Shown here in pieces: positions 1 through 8,974 of a stretch of 64,000 nucleotides of DNA. The notes beneath the pieces were generated by a model. That model was not told where the DNA came from, made no database searches, and was given only the letters and a program-made list of their open reading frames with translations. Where the stretch lies: positions 14,556-78,555 of the forward strand of contig JAPKZG010000013.1 of assembly GCA_026393895.1 (NCBI GenBank), read 5' to 3'. The stretch comes from Candidatus Aminicenantes bacterium. GTDB lineage: Bacteria; Acidobacteriota; Aminicenantia; Aminicenantales; UBA4085. A program made the position numbers and the translations under genes. Each line of letters opens with the position of its first letter. Position 1 is the stretch's first letter.

Positions 1-2148
1 CTGGGCCACCGCCTCTCTCTTCGCCTTCTTCTCTTCTTCTTTGGTCGCCGTGTATTGGACTTTGACCTTATACCCCTTAACCCGTTCTTCCCTTGTCATT
101 TCCGCGGCCGCATCCTCCTCAAGGAACGACAGCAGATCTTCTGGCTGGAAAAAGAAAATCTTGGACTGATCGGATTCGGATGTACTTTGGAATACCAAGA
201 CCTTAATGCTCTCAAGCATCTTTTTATCCGGGGAACAGAGAACCACTGTCTCATACCCTGCGGCGAGGCACTTCTGAACATTCTTCAATTCTTGCTCATC
301 GGACGATGAAATTGAGATTTCGCAGGCTATCTTTCTTCCATTCCGCTCAAGGCTGACATCGACTCGACCTGATCCGTCAAGAACGGGAAGCTCGATTGTC
401 GCCTTGTAACCCTTATCCTCCGCGATCTTCTTTATAAGATTCTGAAGGTAACGATGCTGAGAAATCGCTTTATCCTTTGCAGGCGGTGTCTCCACTTTGG
501 GCGGGACTACGACCGCTTCAACGTCAATTACCCTTCCTCCGGCCGGTAATTCTGCTTTCGGCACAGGCTTTGCTGGTGCTCGTTCTTTTCTGTAAAGCGT
601 CTCTTTTTGATACGGCCTGGCTTCCCTTTGAATCTCCGCTTCTCTCGCTGCACATTCAGCCTCAAGCTTTCCCCGCTCCACAAGATATTTCCGGCCAAAA
701 GGAATACCTTTGAACCATCTATCGAACTGTTCTTCAGTCTGCCCAAGTATCTCCGTAAATACTTCTTGGGCCGTTTCAATATAGGCAGTTTGAATCGGGA
801 TAACCCCGCCTTCGATCTTGTGCTTCACATAGCAAATTCTCGGCTCTAACGTCTGAAGCTCTTTCGTATGTTGCTCCCATTCTTCTCCCAGACTCCAATA
901 TCGAGGCTTAAACCCACTGACGTTCTTCACTTCAAAACCCGAATATTCGAAAGCTTCTTTGGCGAGAATCGAAGCGTCGTGCCGATTGAGCCGAAAATAG
1001 ACTTGAATTCCAGCATTCCCCAAGATCAAACTCCTCAATTCTTCGGGAATTTGGGCGAGCGTCTGATGAGCCATGATTAAGCTAAGGCCATATTTTCTCG
1101 CCTCAGATAAAACGACAGAGAACGATTCGCTGGCAAAGTTCTGAAATTCGTCAATATATAGATAAAACGGTAAACGCTTGGTTTGGGGAAGATCCGATCT
1201 TGAAAAAGCGGCCATCTGGATCTGGGCCATAAGCAGCGATCCAAGAAGATCAGCCGAGTCTTTCAACTTTCCCTTATCGAGTTTGATCAAGAGGATTTTT
1301 CGAGAATCCATGATCTCTCTGAGATTGAAAGAGCTTTTTGCGGATGAAAAAATATGCCTGATTCTCTCATCTGAGAAAAAGGCATTGATTTTATTCATCA
1401 CCGGCTCGATCCAGGTAATCTGGCTCCTGTCGGTTATGGTATCGAATCTTCGGAAATACTCTCTCGCTAAAGGATGACTGACTTTCTCCAAGATGCCCTG
1501 CCGAACGGCCCGATTGCTCAAGAATGCCGGTAGTTCGATTAAGGTCAATCCGGCCTCTCCCAAAGCAATCAATGAATTCCGCATCAGGTCTTCCATCCTC
1601 ACGCCCCAGGAGTCGGACCAGATTTTTCGGAAAGCGCAGATAAGTTCATTTGCCTGTTCCGCAAGAGGGACGCCAGGCATTTTTTCCAAAGGATTGAAGG
1701 TCACCGTGAAAATCGGATCAGTAGGATCAATGAGAATGACCTTGTCGGTTAATTCTGGCTCATCCGGGCTGAATTGCAGGATCAATAATCCTTTGACATC
1801 CTCGATCAAGTCCCCGTGCGGATCAATGACCCCGAAGCCGTTTCCTTTCTCGATATCTTGCTGAATCAGGTATTCTAGAAATTTTGTCTTGCCCGTTCCG
1901 GTAGCCCCGACAACGTAGAAATGCGTTGCTCTGTCTTTTTCTGAGATTTTAGCCAGCTGATAATCTTCTTTGTTCTCGGAATAATACCAGCCGAGATTGA
2001 GAGTATTGTCGGATACCTTATCGGATTTGCCTTCTTCCTGATTTATGAATTCTTCGTCATTGGATTTTATCTCTGTTTTTTCTTCGGGCGAAGCAGACTC
2101 ATTGGGATCTTCAAAAAGCTTTATTCTCTTTCTTTTAAATATACTCAT
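1..2148 (-). CDS. VirD4/TraG/TraD-like P-loop NTPase (coupling-protein family) with C-terminal PD-(D/E)xK-like (DUF4143/DUF234-like) domain; partial, 3' end beyond window start
   Basis: Manual translation of minus strand from ATG at 2148 gives uninterrupted ORF to window edge; Walker A 'GATGTGKT', Walker B 'YIDEFQNF'; paralogous to 13517..14836 product; C-terminal 'GRVDVSLERNGRKIACEIS' restriction-endonuclease-like fold signature; not in ORF track because no stop in window. Confidence 0.6.
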   Translation of the reverse strand, partial: MSIFKRKRIKLFEDPNESASPEEKTEIKSNDEEFINQEEGKSDKVSDNTLNLGWYYSENKEDYQLAKISEKDRATHFYVVGATGTGKTKFLEYLIQQDIEKGNGFGVIDPHGDLIEDVKGLLILQFSPDEPELTDKVILIDPTDPIFTVTFNPLEKMPGVPLAEQANELICAFRKIWSDSWGVRMEDLMRNSLIALGEAGLTLIELPAFLSNRAVRQGILEKVSHPLAREYFRRFDTITDRSQITWIEPVMNKINAFFSDERIRHIFSSAKSSFNLREIMDSRKILLIKLDKGKLKDSADLLGSLLMAQIQMAAFSRSDLPQTKRLPFYLYIDEFQNFASESFSVVLSEARKYGLSLIMAHQTLAQIPEELRSLILGNAGIQVYFRLNRHDASILAKEAFEYSGFEVKNVSGFKPRYWSLGEEWEQHTKELQTLEPRICYVKHKIEGGVIPIQTAYIETAQEVFTEILGQTEEQFDRWFKGIPFGRKYLVERGKLEAECAAREAEIQREARPYQKETLYRKERAPAKPVPKAELPAGGRVIDVEAVVVPPKVETPPAKDKAISQHRYLQNLIKKIAEDKGYKATIELPVLDGSGRVDVSLERNGRKIACEISISSSDEQELKNVQKCLAAGYETVVLCSPDKKMLESIKVLVFQSTSESDQSKIFFFQPEDLLSFLEEDAAAEMTREERVKGYKVKVQYTATKEEEKKAKREAVAQ

Positions 2149-2188
2149 TCGCCTGATTATATTCTACACAAAGAAAAAAGGAATTTTT

Positions 2189-2818
2189 TTAAGAAATTCC
2201 CAAAAAGCCTTTTGTCCTTCGATCGATTTTTGATGTATCCAATCCCTTTCCTGACATCATTTGTTCTACTGCTTCAATCATACATTGATGAACGCAGGTT
2301 ACGTAGGCCGTTAAATCCTGCTGATTAAATAGATTCAGATCGTCAAGGCCAACTGCTTTCCTTGTCCCTGGAAAAAGCGAAGCGATTGTCTGCCATACGT
2401 CCGGCATATATGTAAGATACCAAGAAACAAAAAGGGCATCGCCATAGTCATTTGCACACAGGTATGCTTTATAACAGCCCAGTTTAAGGTTTCGTCTATC
2501 AGCAACGACTAAAAAGGCTCTTGTTTCGCCTATTGCAGAAGAAGCAAAAGTTGGCCCTACCATAACTTCGTTCATTTCGATTGATGGAGCTTTAGATATT
2601 TCAATCAACTCTTTTGTTTTTGATATGACCTGATCTCTATTTCCTTTTGCTCCTCGAATTAAAGCTGACCAATTATCAAGGACTTCGGCTTTTCGTTCTG
2701 CGATGAGAATCAATATGCCGATCGCGGCAAACGTGAGCACTATAACGCTGGCCTTAATAGAAACGATTAAAAGCAGAATTCCTACGATTAAAAGCAAAAG
2801 AACGATTGGTTTTTTCAT
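2189..2818 (-). CDS. hypothetical membrane protein (two N-terminal TM helices)
   Basis: ORF 209 aa; hydrophobic N-terminus 'LLLLIVGILLLIVSIKASVIVLTFAAIGILILIA'; operonic with downstream ATPase gene (stop 2189, next start 2148). Confidence 0.45.
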   Translation of the reverse strand: MKKPIVLLLLIVGILLLIVSIKASVIVLTFAAIGILILIAERKAEVLDNWSALIRGAKGNRDQVISKTKELIEISKAPSIEMNEVMVGPTFASSAIGETRAFLVVADRRNLKLGCYKAYLCANDYGDALFVSWYLTYMPDVWQTIASLFPGTRKAVGLDDLNLFNQQDLTAYVTCVHQCMIEAVEQMMSGKGLDTSKIDRRTKGFLGIS

Positions 2819-2864
2819 ATTTCCCTCCTAAAATACCTTTATTTTATATATATTTATGATTATA

Positions 2865-3359
2865 TCAAGAATTTTTCTTCCGAGAGCAAGATGCAGCCAG
2901 GGCTACGGCTTCGATCATCCGCAGATGATATGCGTTTTTATGCGATTTCTCTTTATTTAACTCATGTATAAGGGCTGGATATTCCAAAATAATCCTCTCG
3001 GCCAGATTTCGCTTATTCGCCTTCCCATCCACTATAAAGAATTTCTCAAGCTCTTTGATGGAATGACTTTGAACCTTGATCCGCTTCTTCTTCCCCAATA
3101 CTTTTATTCTTGAAAATAAGAGTTCTAGATTCTTAGACGATCTCGAAGGATGGAGCCTTTTAATCGCCATTGCGCTTATGTCATAAAGCTCGATCTGTTC
3201 CCAAATGATATCGAGAATTCGATCCGCCTTTTCTTTTGTCCATTTTCCCGTAATAGTTTTCACTCGCCATTCCAAAAGATTGGAGCCGTCGAATATCGCA
3301 AGCCCGAGATACCGGGTGCCTGGATTGATTCCCAATATTCTATTATGTTCTCTGGTCAT
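2865..3359 (-). CDS. RuvC-like Holliday-junction resolvase family protein
   Basis: N-terminal 'ILGINPGTRYLGLAIFDG' matches RuvC/YqgF catalytic motif 'ILGIDPG.R.TG.A'; 164 aa typical size. Confidence 0.5.
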   Translation of the reverse strand: MTREHNRILGINPGTRYLGLAIFDGSNLLEWRVKTITGKWTKEKADRILDIIWEQIELYDISAMAIKRLHPSRSSKNLELLFSRIKVLGKKKRIKVQSHSIKELEKFFIVDGKANKRNLAERIILEYPALIHELNKEKSHKNAYHLRMIEAVALAASCSRKKNS

Positions 3360-3801
3360 AGCGTTTTAGCAGTTGTCGCAAAGGTTTTAAATTATTAAAA
3401 CCGTCCGTTCTGTTATTCTTGTTAATTAATTTTATTTCTTTATTATTGTTTGTGTGATCCTGCGTCACATACCTTGTGATCCGTCCGTCACATAGTTTGT
3501 GATTTAAAATCACATCTGGCTTCAAAAGAAAATATAGGCAGCGTCCATTAAGCCGTTTTTCTGCTAACAACTTGACTTTACGGTTGACTGTCTCCCGGCA
3601 GAGCCCGATTCGATCTGCTATCGTCTTTTGAGACGGAAAACACGTTTGGCTCTTGGAATTCGCATAAGAGGCCAAGACATTATAGACCGCAAGCCCGGTC
3701 GGCTTTAGAATATTGCCATATTGTTTCAAAATAGATTGGCTGATCCAATACCAATTCTTGTCATCTATTCGTCGAATATGATTTTGGGACTTGTGAATCA
3801 T
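3343..3801 (-). CDS. winged-helix/HTH DNA-binding protein (replication-initiator/DnaD-like N-terminal HTH); 3' end of ORF reads through a repeat array and may be over-called
   Basis: 'LAVYNVLASYAN...CFPSQKTIADRIGLCRETVNRKVKLL' classic wHTH; low-complexity Asn/Lys tail encoded by AT-rich repeat region 3441-3506. Confidence 0.45.
   Translation of the reverse strand: MIHKSQNHIRRIDDKNWYWISQSILKQYGNILKPTGLAVYNVLASYANSKSQTCFPSQKTIADRIGLCRETVNRKVKLLAEKRLNGRCLYFLLKPDVILNHKLCDGRITRYVTQDHTNNNKEIKLINKNNRTDGFNNLKPLRQLLKRYDQRT
3441..3506. repeat. array of GTCACATA-N2-TTGTGAT imperfect palindromes / TGTGAT half-sites (operator- or iteron-like)
   Basis: Read directly: tgtgtgatcc tgcGTCACATACCTTGTGATccgtccGTCACATAGTTTGTGATttaaaATCACAtc. 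Confidence 0.6.
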
Positions 3802-3953
3802 ATCTTCAATAATACTTCTTTCCTCAAACGTGCTCGCAGATGATTTGAGCGACGAGACAAAGATTCCGCCTCATTTCATTTATAGATTTACGAGACAGAC
3901 CCTGCATTTTAAGAATGCGGCGATATTTTTCATATATGTCGGGTCGTTTTCTT

Positions 3954-4232
3954 CTAGGCATGCTTTCGTCTCAGATATTCTTCCCTTTCTATTATCTTTC
4001 TCTTAATCATCCGGATAAGAGGAAAAAACAAAGCATCCACCAATACACTGTATATGCCTGACAATTTAATCACGTTAGTCAGGCTCGGCAGGCAAATGCC
4101 TTTTTCCCAGCGGGAGATCATTCCCGCACTCTTAAGATTCAGGATTTCCGCGACTTCCTTCTGCTTCAATCCGATAGCTTTTCTATATCTCCTTAGATTA
4201 TTCGGAATCTTTTTTATCTCGACCTTTTTCAT
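3954..4232 (-). CDS. XRE-family (Cro/CI-type) HTH transcriptional regulator
   Basis: 'LRRYRKAIGLKQKEVAEILNLKSAGMISRWEKG' canonical XRE HTH; 92 aa. Confidence 0.8.
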   Translation of the reverse strand: MKKVEIKKIPNNLRRYRKAIGLKQKEVAEILNLKSAGMISRWEKGICLPSLTNVIKLSGIYSVLVDALFFPLIRMIKRKIIEREEYLRRKHA

Positions 4233-4300
4233 ATGCTCTTGAATTAAGAATGATGTCTTTTCAGCTTAGGTCGAATGAAAATACAAAACAAGACGTAAAA

Positions 4301-4320
4301 AATTGCTTAAAAAGGCAATT
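4301..4320. promoter_or_regulatory. AATTGC-N8-GCAATT palindrome in divergent promoter region (candidate XRE operator)
   Basis: aattgcttaaaaaggcaatt read in sequence between divergent genes 3954..4232(-) and 4424..(+). Confidence 0.35.
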
Positions 4321-4423
4321 TTAGAGGATGTCTATGTAGAAATTGGGGATAAATCCATTTATTTATCGGATTACGCATTTTTTCCTGTCTTATATTCGAT
4401 TTATTCCTGCGTTATTCTGACTA

Positions 4424-4612
4424 ATGATGATTCTAAGCAAACGAGTAATTGAGGAATTTAAAGAGATCTACTATCGGGAATATGGAAAGAAAATCTCCGA
4501 CGAGGAAGCTCAAGAGATGGGACAAAATCTCCTTACTTTTTTTAAGATTATCTATCGGCCGATACCCGAAGATAAAAATAAGGAAAACAAAAGCCTCTCG
4601 GAATCCTCATAA
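4424..4612 (+). CDS. small hypothetical protein (62 aa)
   Basis: ORF divergent from XRE regulator, upstream of serine recombinase; no recognisable motif. Confidence 0.25.
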   Translation: MMILSKRVIEEFKEIYYREYGKKISDEEAQEMGQNLLTFFKIIYRPIPEDKNKENKSLSESS

Positions 4613-4665
4613 TTTCGGGCGCTTTTTTTTGACAATATTAATCTTCGCGCTACAATTAAATTAAT

Positions 4666-4687
4666 AAACCTTTTTATAAAAAGGTTT
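4666..4687. repeat. perfect 22-bp palindrome AAACCTTTTTATAAAAAGGTTT immediately upstream of serine recombinase gene (candidate recombination/operator site); second hairpin GGTCTCTTTGAGACC at 4706..4720
   Basis: Read directly in sequence; centred on TA dinucleotide. Confidence 0.5.
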
Positions 4688-4750
4688 GGGAATCTTTATC
4701 AAAAAGGTCTCTTTGAGACCCATTAACGGGTTCCCATGCCTTAATATCTT

Positions 4751-6520
4751 ATGCTTCGCTATTTCATCTACTGCCGAAAATCTACAGAAGCCGAAGACCG
4801 ACAGGTCCTTTCGCTTGAATCTCAAATAAACGAACTAAAACGACTCTCCGAGAGATTAAATCTCTCCGTTATTGACATCCTTATTGAATCTCGGTCAGCA
4901 AAGTCGCCAGGCCGACCGCATTTTAACGAAATGCTAAAACGAATTAGTCAGAAGAAGGCCGATGGGATTATCTGTTGGAAACTGGATCGCTTGGCAAGAA
5001 ATCCTATTGACGGAGGCCAGATCAGTTGGATGCTCCAAAAGGGGATTATTAAACATATCCAGACCTTCGATAGAGCCTACTTTCCTGAAGACAATGTCCT
5101 ATTGATGAATGTCGAGTTCGGAATGGCAAACCAATTTATCTTGGATTTGGGAAAGAACGTTAAAAGAGGGCTTAAAACGAAAGCTGAAAAGGGTTGGCTT
5201 CCAACGCTTGCGCCTCTTGGTTATTTAAATGAAAAAACAAGGGAAAAAGGAAAAAAAGAAATTCTTAAAGATCCCGAAAGATTTTCTCTAATAAAAAGGA
5301 TGTGGGACATGATGCTCACAGGAAATTACACCCCGCCAAAGATCGCTTATATAGCAAATAACGACTGGGGATACAAAACTCGGCAAGGAAAGCCATTGGT
5401 AAAAAGCACCATCTACCGGCTCTTTTCCAATCCTTTTTATTCGGGCTGGTTTGAATACCCGAAAGGAAGTGGCAACTGGTTAAAGGGAAGCCACGAACCG
5501 ATGATTACTCAAAAGGAATACGATAAAGTTCAAATACTTCTGGGTAAAAATGGCAAGCCTAGACTCAAAAAACACGAATTTGCGTTTACTGGTCTTATTC
5601 GATGCGGAGAGTGCGGAGCCACGGTCACGGCAGAAGAAAAAAACCAAATCATCTGCTCGAAGTGCAAATACAAATTCTCTTTAAATAACAGATACGAATG
5701 TCCAAAGTGTGCTACTCCTATTGAGATAATGAAGAAACCCACTATCCTCAATTATGTCTATTATCATTGCACAAAGAAAATAATGCCAGATTGCTCCCAG
5801 GGATATATAGAAGTAAATGAACTCGAAAAACAGATTGATTTTTATCTATCAAACATCCATATCTCGGAAGGATTTAAAAATTGGGCTATAAATAATCTAA
5901 AAGAAGAAAACGAGAAAGAAGCTTATTCAAGAGAATCAATCTTTGCTTCTCAAAGAAAAGCTTATGACAACTGCCTTAAGAAACTCGATAATCTTTTCCA
6001 ATTGAAAATCTCTCCTGCAAATACTGATGGGAGTCTTCTATCAGACGAAGAATACGGAAAACAAAAAATCGGATTTTTAAGAGAGAAAACCCGACTTGAA
6101 GAAATTATAAATGATAAAAGCGGCGGTATCGAGAAGTGGCTCCAAAAAGGAGAAAGAACTTTCAACTTCGCACTCAATGCTCGATATTGGTTTGAAAATG
6201 GGACACTCTTGGAGAAGTTTAAGATTTTAAAAGCTCTTGGCTCGAACCTGATTTTAAAAGACAAAAAACTTCATATTGATCTTAAAATACCTTTCACGGC
6301 TATAGGAACGGTCGTGAAGGAGGTTCCTACGGCCAGGTACGGGTTCGAACCTGAAAAATCAGACCAAAATGAAGCTAAACAAAACGATCTCTACTCCAAT
6401 ATTCCCATCGTGCTCCGCGCAATGAAGAAAGTTCGAACTTGGATCATCAGAAATGCTGATGCTTATGACGTTCCTGATTTGGAAAAGCCAACCGAGGATG
6501 CGCTTCCAATCCCCTTCTGA
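4751..6520 (+). CDS. large serine recombinase (resolvase/invertase catalytic domain + recombinase domain + zinc-ribbon)
   Basis: N-terminal 'YCRKSTEAEDRQVLSLESQ' (catalytic Ser region), 'DGIICWKLDRLARN'; Cys-rich zinc ribbon 'CGECGAT...CSKC...CPKC...YYHC'; 589 aa. Confidence 0.85.
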   Translation: MLRYFIYCRKSTEAEDRQVLSLESQINELKRLSERLNLSVIDILIESRSAKSPGRPHFNEMLKRISQKKADGIICWKLDRLARNPIDGGQISWMLQKGIIKHIQTFDRAYFPEDNVLLMNVEFGMANQFILDLGKNVKRGLKTKAEKGWLPTLAPLGYLNEKTREKGKKEILKDPERFSLIKRMWDMMLTGNYTPPKIAYIANNDWGYKTRQGKPLVKSTIYRLFSNPFYSGWFEYPKGSGNWLKGSHEPMITQKEYDKVQILLGKNGKPRLKKHEFAFTGLIRCGECGATVTAEEKNQIICSKCKYKFSLNNRYECPKCATPIEIMKKPTILNYVYYHCTKKIMPDCSQGYIEVNELEKQIDFYLSNIHISEGFKNWAINNLKEENEKEAYSRESIFASQRKAYDNCLKKLDNLFQLKISPANTDGSLLSDEEYGKQKIGFLREKTRLEEIINDKSGGIEKWLQKGERTFNFALNARYWFENGTLLEKFKILKALGSNLILKDKKLHIDLKIPFTAIGTVVKEVPTARYGFEPEKSDQNEAKQNDLYSNIPIVLRAMKKVRTWIIRNADAYDVPDLEKPTEDALPIPF

Positions 6521-6684
6521 GATTTATTCTAGGTCTGAGTTGGCTTTAAAACAAGTAGGGAGAATTTGCCGGATTCGGTAAATTGGGCTTAGCATTTCAA
6601 TTTGTAACCGATGTTTCCAGATGGAAATCAAGGGTTTTGGCGGTGTTTCACTGGTGCGTCTCGGTTTCCTAAAAACTATCCAGC

Positions 6685-8592
6685 CTAATCTTTATTGATC
6701 TGTCTTACAGATTTTACGGCCTTTAAAAGGCTCGCGAAGATATACGAAAGTGGGGCTATAATTTGAGCGATAATCTGAACGACCTCAAAATTATTCTTGG
6801 TCGCAAAAGCGCTTACAAAATTGTCCCAGAGATAAAAAAACAAAATATAATCAACGAGCAATGCTACGGCCGATTTTATAGTAAAGCAAAGCCAAACTAC
6901 TTTTTTCTTGGAGATTTTCTTTTCTGCCCTCTCGTTAGTTAATTGCGATCCGAGATCGGATATCGTTGATTCGTGTTCCCGAATCGTTTGGTCTTTGGCT
7001 ATGTCATCCTGACGTAAAGTCCTTTCAATTTCTACCACTGCATCGTGCATCATAGCGGCGTTATTGGAAAGACGAGCCCTATGGATAATTAAAAGAGTCG
7101 CTTTTATTTTTGTTTCGGGGAGCTCTCTCACTCGTTCCGTTTTTTCAGACAGTAATATTAAGTCACGCTTATCATATTTTTCTTTATTCGTTAAATCGTC
7201 GAAATCAGCGAATATCCTAAAGAGAGGGGCCAGGTCAGATGGATCATATGTAGCACCGCCACCATTCAAGGCAAGAATTTGAACCAACCCGAAAAGGTTT
7301 TGCCATAAGGGGTCGTCTTTTGGGCCGGCTTCTTTAAGGGCTAATGCGGTCATTGTTTGATCAACGGTCAACACGAATGCATTCCTATGTTTATCGCGTG
7401 ATTGAGCTAATTTCCAAAGGCGCGTATCGTGCCTTGCGGGCCCTTCAGATTTTTTTCTACCCGCAAATTCTTCATATATGCCTTGGATCTTATTGAATAA
7501 CACGCTATCTGCTGACGCGTTAAATTCAGTTCCTTCGACATTGATGCCTGTCAACATCTCGATATCAACCTCTCCCAATTTCGATGGAGTTTTTAATCCC
7601 TCGTCAAAAAATCTTTCAACGTCCTGTGTGGTACGGCATCCTGTTCTTAAAAGTCCTTGCGAAAAGATATCTTTCCGGTCCATGCCCTTAAGGGTCTCGA
7701 AGCTAAAGCTTTTCCAAAGATTGATTGAAACCGCGCGCTCTCTCATTCTGACAGTTTCATATTCTTCCGTTGTAAAATCAGCAATATAAATATTTATTCC
7801 AAGCGCCTTAGCTGAACGTCCCAGTGCTTTTAAAGCGTTTTCGGTCGTTTCGTTTTTGTATGCGGTCATTGCAAACAAAACATTCGTATCTATGATGAAA
7901 TCCGCATTTTTGTAACGATCCAATGCTAGCACTTCCGGGCTAATCTCGGCAGAGACGATTTTGGCCGACAGAAGCGAACCCATGAATCTAAACACTCTAT
8001 CTATGTCGTCGCTATTGTCGCTTGTTAAGAATTCTTTGTATCCTTGGAGCAGATCTCCCTCAAATTGATTCATCTTAAAATGTTTTATTAACGGCCGGAT
8101 AACTTCGTCAACGCGAAGCATCGGCATATTTCCATCGTTATATAGCGATAAAAGATTCTGTGATTGCGCGCCGAAATATACCTTGTTCGCTTCATTAAAC
8201 CAATGCCGGAGGGCTTCTCGGTCAATTTTCTTACTAAAATGACGATTTAAAATATCCTCTGTAACTTCTTCCGAATGCTTTAATGTTTTCTCAAGGTTCT
8301 CTTTCTCTTTGGGAACAAGTGACCACAATTCCTCTTTTTTAACGACCATTCGCCTCCCTTGTAAAATCTCTATAGCGGTTTCAAACGATTCAACAGGCAA
8401 GGAAGCTACCTGTATGAGCTCGGCCCCCTTTTTTGCTATTTCATCAATCTGCAGAGAGCGATCGTATTCAATAAAAAGAACCCAAAGAATCACTTTGGCG
8501 TAAGCAATGTCTCTAAGATGTGCTGTTTCTGGCGATAAACATAAAAAGGCATTTAATAATGCTTCCCTGATTTTTTCTAAAGAATTTTCCAT
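6685..8592 (-). CDS. large PIN-domain protein with C-terminal coiled-coil and transmembrane anchor (candidate nuclease/defence protein)
   Basis: 'FIIDTNVLFAMTAY' and 'INIYIADF' PIN acidic motifs; C-terminal hydrophobic segment 'VVWLCFTIKSAVALLVDYILFFYLW'; 635 aa. Confidence 0.55.
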   Translation of the reverse strand: MENSLEKIREALLNAFLCLSPETAHLRDIAYAKVILWVLFIEYDRSLQIDEIAKKGAELIQVASLPVESFETAIEILQGRRMVVKKEELWSLVPKEKENLEKTLKHSEEVTEDILNRHFSKKIDREALRHWFNEANKVYFGAQSQNLLSLYNDGNMPMLRVDEVIRPLIKHFKMNQFEGDLLQGYKEFLTSDNSDDIDRVFRFMGSLLSAKIVSAEISPEVLALDRYKNADFIIDTNVLFAMTAYKNETTENALKALGRSAKALGINIYIADFTTEEYETVRMRERAVSINLWKSFSFETLKGMDRKDIFSQGLLRTGCRTTQDVERFFDEGLKTPSKLGEVDIEMLTGINVEGTEFNASADSVLFNKIQGIYEEFAGRKKSEGPARHDTRLWKLAQSRDKHRNAFVLTVDQTMTALALKEAGPKDDPLWQNLFGLVQILALNGGGATYDPSDLAPLFRIFADFDDLTNKEKYDKRDLILLSEKTERVRELPETKIKATLLIIHRARLSNNAAMMHDAVVEIERTLRQDDIAKDQTIREHESTISDLGSQLTNERAEKKISKKKVVWLCFTIKSAVALLVDYILFFYLWDNFVSAFATKNNFEVVQIIAQIIAPLSYIFASLLKAVKSVRQINKD

Positions 8593-8836
8593 GTATAGAT
8601 TACATCACAATTTTATTTAAAAATAAAGTGGCGAGTGATCCGTCTCGGTAGCTCGATAATGCGCTGACTGTGGCTGCGAATTAAATAATATTCGAAAATG
8701 GATTATGGAAAATTCAGACAATCCCTCTATCCTCTTTTCTAAATCTGAGGATAAAAATCAGCTAAATATAAGGATAACAAGCAATTAATATTTCGTAAAG
8801 ATTAAGAAGGCTTCACTAGGGCTCATTTGGCTTTAA

Positions 8837-8868
8837 TAAAAAGGCACAAACGCGCACGTGCCTTTTAT
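8837..8868 (-). terminator. rho-independent terminator downstream of surface-protein gene
   Basis: AAAAGGCAC-loop-GTGCCTTTT hairpin; T-run on minus strand. Confidence 0.55.
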
Positions 8869-8974
8869 ATTAATATCGGAAAAACATTTATTGTTTGTCA
8901 ATTCTTGAAAATAAATATTCACAATTGTTATTTTCGTAAATAAATTATATCTCACAATAATTTTATCAATAAAA

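Noticed and set aside
1178-1864. Plus-strand ORFs 1178..1477 and 1493..1864
   Set aside because: They are antisense to the continuous VirD4-like ORF translated manually on the minus strand (1..2148), and have no motifs.
6325-6350. 'gggttcgaacc' resembling a tRNA T-arm
   Set aside because: It lies inside the serine recombinase CDS with no flanking acceptor, D-arm or anticodon structure.
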